Below are positions 18,471 through 25,431 of a stretch of DNA of 34,277 nucleotides, piece after piece (within the stretch, counting starts at the first letter, position 1; each line of letters begins with the position of its first letter). The translations under genes and the position numbers were made by a program. The stretch is from a virus (lineage: Duplodnaviria > Caudoviricetes). Under the pieces are notes generated by a model. The model saw only the letters and a list, made by a program, of their open reading frames with translations, searched no databases and was not told the origin of the DNA. The stretch covers positions 1-34,277 of the IMG/VR virus record IMGVR_UViG_3300029825_000028, one strand, 5' to 3'.

Positions 18471-18601
18471 TTGAGCGGACAGAGATTTGCACTCTGCATG
18501 GGGCCTTGGCTAGCACCCGTGTAACCGCTTAAGGTCCCTCTAAGGTGATTCCCCTGTTATACCAAGGCTTTAACTGCGTTTACCTATTCCGCCACCGCTC
18601 A
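18471..18601 (-). ncRNA. tRNA-like RNA with an expanded arm in place of the anticodon arm
   Basis: Acceptor TGAGCGG/CCGCTCA; Leu-type D arm TG-GCGGAATAGGTAAACGC; T arm GCAGAG-TGCAAAT-CTCTGT; central GCCTTGGT/GCCAAGGC stem enclosing about 50 nt. Confidence 0.75.
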
Positions 18602-18781
18602 AATTTATCCACACCCTCGCAGAAGGTGAACCGGTATGTCATTTAGTGATGTGGATAAAACTTGCTACTCACAGCTGATTTTCGCAAGCCTTTTCTTTCC
18701 CGGCTTATTTATCGACAACTCCGGCAATTCCACGCTGAATCTGCGAACAGATGCATTGCAGAATTATGGAGACCTATGTTT

Positions 18782-19042
18782 TTATTTGCAAAGAGCCTGA
18801 ACAATCAGGTTCGTCACCATAAAGATTATTCCAGCCACAGCGGATGCCAGTAGACACTTTATAATCGTCCAGCCGACAATAGTTCCCGTAAGCGTTCCGG
18901 CGTCAAATGCAGCACATGCGGCTAAAATTGGTTTGATAAACATTATCCACCCACCAAAATAGATTGCTGCACCGATTCCAACAATCAAAATCAGAATCGC
19001 TATAATCACTTTAATCATTGCTTTCTTCTGGTCTTTATTCAT
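18782..19042 (-). CDS. Membrane protein (2-3 TM)
   Basis: Long hydrophobic segments; SD GGAGG. Confidence 0.8.
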   Translation of the reverse strand: MNKDQKKAMIKVIIAILILIVGIGAAIYFGGWIMFIKPILAACAAFDAGTLTGTIVGWTIIKCLLASAVAGIIFMVTNLIVQALCK

Positions 19043-19436
19043 GTCCAACAACCTCCCTTGTCTCTTTTACTCTTTTAAAATATAATTTATCAAGCTCAAT
19101 CACGTATGAACGTTCTATCTTTGTGACCTCAATAAAACATAAATCATCTATGCACTTTTCAGTTTTTTCAAAATCTGTGTCATTCACAAAAAACATATTT
19201 TCGTTTTCCAGCTGAGTAAAAACAGGGGCGTGCAGTCCAAGTCCATAGAACTTATACTCTTTTCCGTTCTTGTATATATACGTACCTCCAAACCATGAAT
19301 CAGGAATCATATCTCCGTCAAAACCAAGCCAAACAATATCGCCATTATCATATGCCTTAATCATGCGAGATAAAGAACGTACATTCTCCGTGATTTTATC
19401 AATACTTTCTTTCATGTCTTTAATCTCATCGCCCAT
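19035..19436 (-). CDS. Hypothetical protein
   Basis: 133 aa ORF coupled to its neighbours; SD AGGAGG. Confidence 0.75.
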   Translation of the reverse strand: MGDEIKDMKESIDKITENVRSLSRMIKAYDNGDIVWLGFDGDMIPDSWFGGTYIYKNGKEYKFYGLGLHAPVFTQLENENMFFVNDTDFEKTEKCIDDLCFIEVTKIERSYVIELDKLYFKRVKETREVVGHE

Positions 19437-19752
19437 GATAATTCCTCCTTTTCAGTGGCAGACCGTGAAGCCTGCGCCAATTGTTTTGCTTAATCCCGTC
19501 AGGGTCATAGCCAAACCCTATGATTAAGACTAAATCCGATACCGTCAATCCCTGTGTGGGCACAATATTTTTTGTTATGTCAATCACAAACTCACAACCC
19601 ATAGAGTCAAGATGCAACATATCGGCCTTAATTTCATCAATAGTGATTTCCAATGTCGGTATATCTTCCAGCGATTCATAATGTTCACCGTTTATGTAAA
19701 ATCCAGCGTTGCTTAAACCTATATCACTATCTACTGGCATATCACGCCTCAC
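19426..19752 (-). CDS. Hypothetical phage protein
   Basis: C-terminal NNWRRLHGLPLKRR motif common in Firmicutes phages; start uncertain (19752 or 19740). Confidence 0.7.
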   Translation of the reverse strand: MRRDMPVDSDIGLSNAGFYINGEHYESLEDIPTLEITIDEIKADMLHLDSMGCEFVIDITKNIVPTQGLTVSDLVLIIGFGYDPDGIKQNNWRRLHGLPLKRRNYHGR

Positions 19753-20249
19753 TTCCTGCGGTCATAATCTTCTTTCAAAATCTCATACAGCTTTTCATCG
19801 TAATACTTACCGTCAAAAAGTCTTGTGTTCTGCCTATATGTTCCAACAATCCTACCGCCGTACTTTTCACACATCTTGTCATAGGACTTCTCAATCGGAT
19901 TTCCAACCACAACATAAAAGTTCAGTTTCCGCAGATTGAATTTATCGAAAATATTTTCAAGTGCCTGACCTAAATCCATTGCAAAGGTGACTGAAGGTTT
20001 TTCCTCGAAATTGATGGCGCTCAATCCGTATGCCATATCACCAGCGCCCCTATCAATCTCATAAGCAATATACCCAATGACTTCTCCGTTTCTCACAGAA
20101 ACGAATTGATGATTAACCCATGTACTTTCCGCCGGTTGCCATTCTCCAAAATAATTTAACCCGGCCCAGAACTTATACCGTTCATCAAACCAGACTGAAT
20201 GAAATTTCTCCTTGAGTTGTTCGGCATATTTAATCGCTACTTGCAACAT
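19749..20249 (-). CDS. GNAT-family N-acetyltransferase-like protein
   Basis: VIGYI, FNLRKLNFYVVVGNP and FDGKYYDEKLYEIL resemble the RimJ/RimL-type GNAT C-terminus. Confidence 0.7.
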   Translation of the reverse strand: MLQVAIKYAEQLKEKFHSVWFDERYKFWAGLNYFGEWQPAESTWVNHQFVSVRNGEVIGYIAYEIDRGAGDMAYGLSAINFEEKPSVTFAMDLGQALENIFDKFNLRKLNFYVVVGNPIEKSYDKMCEKYGGRIVGTYRQNTRLFDGKYYDEKLYEILKEDYDRRK

Positions 20250-20485
20250 TACTGATCACGCTCCTTGCTTTCATGTCCAGGAGCCAGTCCCTTAATGGCT
20301 GCTTTGCATGCATGTCGTAGACACATGTATCCGGAATAATACATTGCTGCCGAAATCACAAGACATTGAAACTTTCCAGTCATAAATGTCAACCGCAGGT
20401 AATCACAGCCATACTGAACCAGAAATGAAGATACGAGCAACAGCACTATGCATTCCAGCAACCGGATTATTTGTTTGAATTTCAT
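20249..20485 (-). CDS. Small membrane protein
   Basis: SD AAGGAG; two hydrophobic stretches. Confidence 0.6.
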   Translation of the reverse strand: MKFKQIIRLLECIVLLLVSSFLVQYGCDYLRLTFMTGKFQCLVISAAMYYSGYMCLRHACKAAIKGLAPGHESKERDQ

Positions 20486-20810
20486 ATGGACTCCTTTCTG
20501 GCAAAGGCCTTTTTGTTTTAAATTTGCTTGGGGGACTCAGTTGGTGGGGCCGGGGGTGTTTCCACCAGACCCCCTCCGGAGTGCTCCTACTGCCTGTAAA
20601 ACGCAGCTTGTATTAATAAACTTATTTTATCGAACGTTCGTTCAGAACATATGTATCTATACGACAAATTACCGTTTCTTCTATAGAACTTTTAAAATAC
20701 TATATCTTGTGAATATAATTATCAAAACACAACATATTGTTATGCATCTTCTCTGTATGGAATCCATCTATACGATAAACCCAAGTATTCAGACAACTAA
20801 CATCATTGCG

Positions 20811-21452
20811 TCAAAACTCCGGTTCTGGTGGCTGCTGTTTTTCGCCCTGATCGGGCCGCTGCTCCAGATACTTCCGCTCCATGCCTGGAATGTCCGGGTT
20901 TTTTTGTCTTTGGTTCTGCCCTCTCGGCTGCCCCATGTTCCAGCCGTAATAACGATTGAGCACGCCCAAAACTCCAACCGGATTGATTTTCCCGGACACT
21001 AACTTGTCGCTTAAAGAGGCCTCTCTTTCGGTAGCCAGTTTTTTGACTATGCCAGACGTGCCGCGCTGAGTTTCAGGCCCGTTATTCCATGCATATATAG
21101 TCTCTGTAGTAATGCCAGTCATCTTACTAAAGCCTAATACAGATATCTCTTTTTCATACTCTGAACATAGTCTTATATACATATCACATACGGTATCTAT
21201 TAACCCTTGATTAGAGTAGTCAATATTGCTATTTTCGTTGTATCTCTTAACATCACTTTTAAGAGGCTTAAAGACATGGTCATAAATATAAAACAATACG
21301 CTATTCCAACGGTTTTGAGTCATTGAGTGTAGATCAGAATCTTTTAGTTTATGCTCTTCTGCATACTCTTGTACGTATAAATCTATATCGTTCTTATACA
21401 CTTCTACTTTCTGCTCCGTTGTTATAATTTCCTGTCCTTGTACTTTCTCCAT
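20811..21452 (-). CDS. terS: Putative terminase small subunit
   Basis: HTH-like GFSKMTGITTETIYAW and a NPVGVLGVLNRYYGWN oligomerisation-type motif; first gene of the transcription unit leading to terL. Confidence 0.7.
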   Translation of the reverse strand: MEKVQGQEIITTEQKVEVYKNDIDLYVQEYAEEHKLKDSDLHSMTQNRWNSVLFYIYDHVFKPLKSDVKRYNENSNIDYSNQGLIDTVCDMYIRLCSEYEKEISVLGFSKMTGITTETIYAWNNGPETQRGTSGIVKKLATEREASLSDKLVSGKINPVGVLGVLNRYYGWNMGQPRGQNQRQKNPDIPGMERKYLEQRPDQGEKQQPPEPEF

Positions 21453-21487
21453 GTCTTCTTACACCTCCAATCCTGTTACAGTCGTCT

Positions 21488-21531
21488 AAAATAAAAATAA
21501 GCGCCCAACACTTTTATGTGCTGAACGCTTT
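21488..21531 (-). terminator. Terminator in the terS leader
   Basis: AAGCGTTCAGCAC-ataaaa-GTGTTGGGCGCTT followed by ATTTTTATTTT. Confidence 0.7.
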
Positions 21532-21720
21532 TCGTTTCGTCTCAAGCCGGTTAAGGGAGCCTTGCTCCAGCGGCTTTGCCTTATACTTTCCAATCCTCCA
21601 AACGGTCCCAGCTCTGCGGCTCTCTCGTCCACCGGGGAAGATTACAAGGCCTTTATGTACAAATCCTTTTCCGTCACATAACCACAAGATATAGATTTCG
21701 TGGTCGTTTATCTACAATCT

Positions 21721-21750
21721 ACGTTAGCACAAAATATAGTGTCCTGTCAA
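21721..21750 (-). promoter_or_regulatory. Putative promoter upstream of the terS leader, with an NrdR-like box in the spacer
   Basis: TTGACA-18 bp-TAACGT with TG extension. Confidence 0.5.
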
Positions 21751-21919
21751 TATCAACTTTAAAAATATTTCCAGACGGTTAAAAGCTCCGGAGTTTTCCC
21801 GGCTGCCGGAAGCTCCTGAAGACGCTCCAAGCGATAGCGGTAAGATGCGGGGTCTTAAAAATCGTGCATTGACCCCGGAAATGCACAAGAGAGATATGTT
21901 TTTTATATCTCGACTTACT

Positions 21920-22170
21920 CTTTATCTATATCTAAATCTAAACCTAAAACTAAATCTATGGCAACAAAATGTTATCAAAATGTTGCCAAAATGTTATACA
22001 AAGGTGTTTTGTATAACGAAATGTTAACGAAACGATACACAACATGTAGTACAAAATGTTATCTGATTGTATAACAAAATGGAAACAAAATGTACAACAT
22101 ATTGATATACAAATGTAAAACATAATGTTTCCAAAGTGTATTACAAAATGTTTCCAATCTGTGTAACAAA
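21920..22170. repeat. Iteron-like repeat tract (candidate replication origin)
   Basis: CAAAATG exact at 21965, 21976, 21987, 22052, 22075, 22086 and 22144, with variants at 21999, 22110, 22121 and 22132; many are 11-12 bp apart; adjacent (T)CTAAA hexamer repeats; AT-rich. Confidence 0.7.
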
Positions 22171-22260
22171 ACGACTGCATTATATATAGAAGAAACTACT
22201 CTCTTTTATCGTCTGGAAATCGCCGTAAGGCGCACAGCTTCGCTGGTTGTGTGTCGGCTG

Positions 22261-22509
22261 CTATTTGCTTTTATCGTCTGTAGATGCTTTTTTACTCTCT
22301 GGTATATACTCCATAATCTGCCCCGGCTGACAGCCCAGCAACTCACAGATTTTTTGTATAGTCCTTGTGTCTATATGTCCAGAACCGTCTTTTAACTTTG
22401 CCACAATCCCAGGGCTTATCTTTGCATCACGGAGATACTGCCACCGCTTGCCCTTGCTTTCAAGTACCTTCTCTAATTTTTTAAAACTTATTTTCACATC
22501 TTCGGTCAT
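22261..22509 (-). CDS. Cro/C1-type HTH transcriptional regulator
   Basis: ISFKKL...ISPGIVAKLK...IDTRTIQKICELLGCQPGQIMEY (HTH_26-like). Confidence 0.9.
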   Translation of the reverse strand: MTEDVKISFKKLEKVLESKGKRWQYLRDAKISPGIVAKLKDGSGHIDTRTIQKICELLGCQPGQIMEYIPESKKASTDDKSK

Positions 22510-22537
22510 GTCTTTTTCCCGTCCTTTCTTTTTTTAT

Positions 22538-22668
22538 ATCATATCATTTTTACCGTACTATATCAAGTAATGGATTTTCGTACTATATTTAGTACATTTT
22601 GCACAAATAAATCGTACTATGTTTAGTAATATTGTCCATTGAATTTTCGTACTATCTATAGTAATATA
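22538..22668. promoter_or_regulatory. Divergent promoters with four palindromic operators
   Basis: CGTACTAT-NNN-(T/A)AGTA at 22554, 22579, 22613 and 22648; minus promoter TTGATA-17-TATGAT; plus promoter TTGAAT-17-TAATAT. Confidence 0.85.
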
Positions 22669-22719
22669 TAACCATAGCAACAAGGAAATCGAAAAATTCA
22701 AAAATGGAGGAAAAAAATC

Positions 22720-23136
22720 ATGATGACATTAAAAAATCTAAAAGCAGCAGTTAAAGACGGGACAATTGAGCTTTCTCACTACTCACTTACACGCGAGCAT
22801 AACGGCTATGTTAGCACAAAGGTTATGGAGACTGAGCCAGAAGAATACGCTGGGGAATACGGAATCGGGTTTGTAACCTATGAGAACAACCGGAAAAGTA
22901 CCCGTTACTGCTGGAAAAATTATTATATTTTTAAAAATTCCAATGAACTGAAAACCTTGGAAAAGTTGCAAAAACTTGACAAGCGGCTTGTAACCGCTGC
23001 AAAGCTGGCAGAGCTGGAAGGGATGCCGGAGGTCGAAAAAATCGAGTGTCTCGGGGCAAGTAGCCAAGTTCCCGGCGCAAACTGGTATGATGTACAGTTG
23101 GCCGACGGTTCCAGCATTGATATTTACACAAGATAA
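22720..23136 (+). CDS. Hypothetical early protein
   Basis: SD GGAGG; first gene of the divergent operon. Confidence 0.85.
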   Translation: MMTLKNLKAAVKDGTIELSHYSLTREHNGYVSTKVMETEPEEYAGEYGIGFVTYENNRKSTRYCWKNYYIFKNSNELKTLEKLQKLDKRLVTAAKLAELEGMPEVEKIECLGASSQVPGANWYDVQLADGSSIDIYTR

Positions 23137-23160
23137 ACAACCACCGCCCCACTCGGGGCG

Positions 23161-23210
23161 CTGTAATGCAGCCACAGCCGGTTCCAAGCCCGGAAAAATG
23201 CAGAGGACAG
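23161..23210 (+). ncRNA. Twister ribozyme (type P1)
   Basis: CTG-TAA-TGCA-GCC-ACA-GCCGG-TTCCAAGC-CCGG-AAAAA-TGCA-GAGG-A-CAG matches the twister core (UAA, GCC, CCGGU.CCAAGCCCGG, GAGG) with P1 CTG/CAG and P2 TGCA/TGCA; predicted cut U23164/A23165. Confidence 0.9.
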
Positions 23211-23234
23211 AAAAAAATGAATGGAGGAAATATC

Positions 23235-24254
23235 ATGAAATATTTCAAAAATGTGAAGAGTTTTGAAAATCTGAAAGCACAGTATAAAACACTACTAAAA
23301 AAGAACCACCCGGACAACGGTGGAGACGTGGAGGAAATGAAAAACATTAACGTCGAATTTGATGCACTCTTTCCAATATGGAAAGACCGTAAAGAAGTTG
23401 AAACAGGCGAAAAAGTAAAAGAGACGTCAGCCGAAATGCGCCGCCACTTTTACACAGAATTCGGCTGGGAAGGTAGCCGCTATGATTCTAACATGAGCAC
23501 GACTGAAATTGCAAAAGCGATTAGGTTGTACTGCAAGGAAAAATATCCAACTTGGAAATTTTCTGTTACAACAGAGTATTTTTCTGGTGGTTCCTCAATT
23601 AATTTTTCTGTGATGGAAGCTCCTGTTGACATCTACAACCGCAGCTACTTTTCGCTCCCATTTTATCCAGAACGCCATTTTGGACGGATTGAAGGGTATC
23701 GTAATGACGGTTGGACGATGTTTGATAAGATGACAGAGGAAAATGACTACTATATGCAAATTCACAGCATATCAAAAAGTCGTTCCGATTATAGATTTTT
23801 AAATGATATCGGATACGAAACTTTGCTTGATGTTTATCTGTTTATGCAATCTTACAATTATGATGATTCAGATAGCCAAATTGATTATTTTTCCACTAAT
23901 TTTTATAGTAGTTTTAACATTGGAAAATGGAATAAAGGCTTTAAAATTGTTCCGAAAACGGCCCGAATTAAAAACAAAGAAACTGCGCTAACAAAGAAAT
24001 CTAAAAAGACAGAGACACAGCAAAAGCAGGAAGAGCCAAAACAGCTTAAAGGCGAATACACATATAAAATTACACGCGGAGAGGACACCCGGGACGGTTC
24101 CGAGCTCTGGATTGTCCGCATCGCGGAAAGTCTCGACCGTGCCGCATATCTGGCAGAATTGGCAGCAATGAAAGAGCGTGGCGGATATTATAGCCGTTTC
24201 CGAAACGGCTTTATATTCCGTGTGGATCCGGCGGAACTTTTAAAAACAGCATAG
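23235..24254 (+). CDS. J-domain plus LPD29-like (polyvalent-protein-associated) protein
   Basis: N-terminal LKAQYKTLLKKNHPDNGGD (HPD motif); AKAIR...YP.WKFSV...SGGSSI...SYNYDDSDSQIDYF..NFY; start moved to ATG 23235 behind SD GGAGG. Confidence 0.8.
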   Translation: MKYFKNVKSFENLKAQYKTLLKKNHPDNGGDVEEMKNINVEFDALFPIWKDRKEVETGEKVKETSAEMRRHFYTEFGWEGSRYDSNMSTTEIAKAIRLYCKEKYPTWKFSVTTEYFSGGSSINFSVMEAPVDIYNRSYFSLPFYPERHFGRIEGYRNDGWTMFDKMTEENDYYMQIHSISKSRSDYRFLNDIGYETLLDVYLFMQSYNYDDSDSQIDYFSTNFYSSFNIGKWNKGFKIVPKTARIKNKETALTKKSKKTETQQKQEEPKQLKGEYTYKITRGEDTRDGSELWIVRIAESLDRAAYLAELAAMKERGGYYSRFRNGFIFRVDPAELLKTA

Positions 24255-24340
24255 CAGGCAGACAAGAGCGAAACTGGGGAGCATTTCCCCGGCTGCCTTT
24301 TACATCCTAGCCCCCAGGGAGAAGGGGAGAAAGTTAAAAA

Positions 24341-24580
24341 ATGAAAAACAAAGTATTGTTCCAGATATTGAAAGCTGCAAATTGGGTGGCCGCCCGATGT
24401 GTTTTGGCAATCGATAGCGGCTTGAGCTTGCAAGCTCGCCGCAGAAAAGAATTAGTAATAAAAGCCTTTAGGAAGGCTTCGCTGTCAATTGAATATAGCG
24501 GGGCTCCAGAGGCGTTAATTTGGGACGAACTCGCCGGATTAACGAATGAAGAACTCGAAAAAATTGTGCGGAATAAATGA
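24341..24580 (+). CDS. Hypothetical protein
   Basis: 79 aa; SD GGGGAG. Confidence 0.7.
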   Translation: MKNKVLFQILKAANWVAARCVLAIDSGLSLQARRRKELVIKAFRKASLSIEYSGAPEALIWDELAGLTNEELEKIVRNK

Positions 24581-24648
24581 GCCGAAACTCTCCATATATC
24601 CGGAGAGTCCGCCGAGGAATAGCCGCCCGGCGCTGATGAGGCAGGCTA
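24581..24648 (+). ncRNA. Hammerhead ribozyme (type II, pseudoknotted)
   Basis: GCC-GAAA-CTCTCC-loop-GGAGAG-TC|CGCCG-loop-CGGCG-CTGATGA-GGC; the core is complete and all three stems pair; loop I TAGCC pairs with the 3' tail GGCTA; predicted cut after C24609. Confidence 0.92.
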
Positions 24649-24733
24649 AAAAGAAATAAAATAATGGCGAAATCCTGCCACACGTGTTATGATATGGGCA
24701 GGATAAAGCGACGAAAAAAGAGGAGGAAAAAAG

Positions 24734-24958
24734 ATGTTAGACGAAACAATGAAGGCTATGCAGGCTCTCGAGAGCCACGGGTATAATTTTGACAATCTAA
24801 AGAGTGTTTCCGGTATCCATGTTAATGATTCTGGAAATCTCGAGTACAACTTCATGGCTGGAGACATAACCGGATACACTATGGAGCTGGACCCGGAAAC
24901 CGGAGAGAGCCGGCACCGGGGAAATGGTCCGGGCTGTTTTTGGACGGACTGGGGATAA
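24734..24958 (+). CDS. Hypothetical protein
   Basis: SD AGGAGG; candidate own promoter TGGCGA-17-TATGAT. Confidence 0.75.
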   Translation: MLDETMKAMQALESHGYNFDNLKSVSGIHVNDSGNLEYNFMAGDITGYTMELDPETGESRHRGNGPGCFWTDWG

Positions 24959-24964
24959 TTTTCA

Positions 24965-24995
24965 AGCTGGCGGCGATATGCTGCCGGCTCTTTTT
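24965..24995 (+). terminator. Intrinsic terminator ending the plus-strand operon
   Basis: AGCTGGCGGC-gatat-GCTGCCGGCT followed by CTTTTT. Confidence 0.8.
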
Positions 24996-25431
24996 AGTGC
25001 ATAAATTTATGTTTTAATTCAACACCTGGATGTTTTAGGGGGATTTCGTGCCCTGCATGCAGGCCTATATTGTACGCTTGTATTTTCCCCTTGCGATATC
25101 CGCCAGGCCGTGCTATGCTTTTTGTAGCCGGACATTTAACAAGGCTGTAATTTGCGATTTAAGTCATTTTAAGTGTTTGGGTTAACTACTTAGCACTTGG
25201 GCATACAAGCCATTAAACAGAGCCACACGCAAGCGCACAGCACGTGTAAATTGAGTGGATATATCCTGATTTGCCAGAAAAAGGACGTCAGAATGAATAA
25301 TTGTTTCTGCGTCCAGATTCTAGCCCTCTAAAATTTAGGTACCGAAAATTTTTTTTGGCGAAAGTTTCAGGGAAGTTCTGAAAAAAGGCCCTAAAAACGC
25401 GCGACTTTTCAGGATTTTTTTGAAAAACTTT

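Noticed and set aside
18471-18601. tmRNA or YrlA Y RNA
   Set aside because: No G3-U70 alanine identity or tag ORF; not circularly permuted as YrlA is; no Ro60 gene in the window
17915-18780. GOLLD or ROOL RNA identity
   Set aside because: Size and tRNA context fit, but I could not recognise diagnostic sequence; needs a covariance-model search
21783-21850. Second hammerhead at CTGAAGA
   Set aside because: The stem that follows is not followed by GAAA, so the core is incomplete
21920-22670. CRISPR array
   Set aside because: Repeats are 7-18 bp, degenerate and irregularly spaced; no cas genes
25340-25431. CodY boxes
   Set aside because: The best matches have four or more mismatches in A/T-tract DNA
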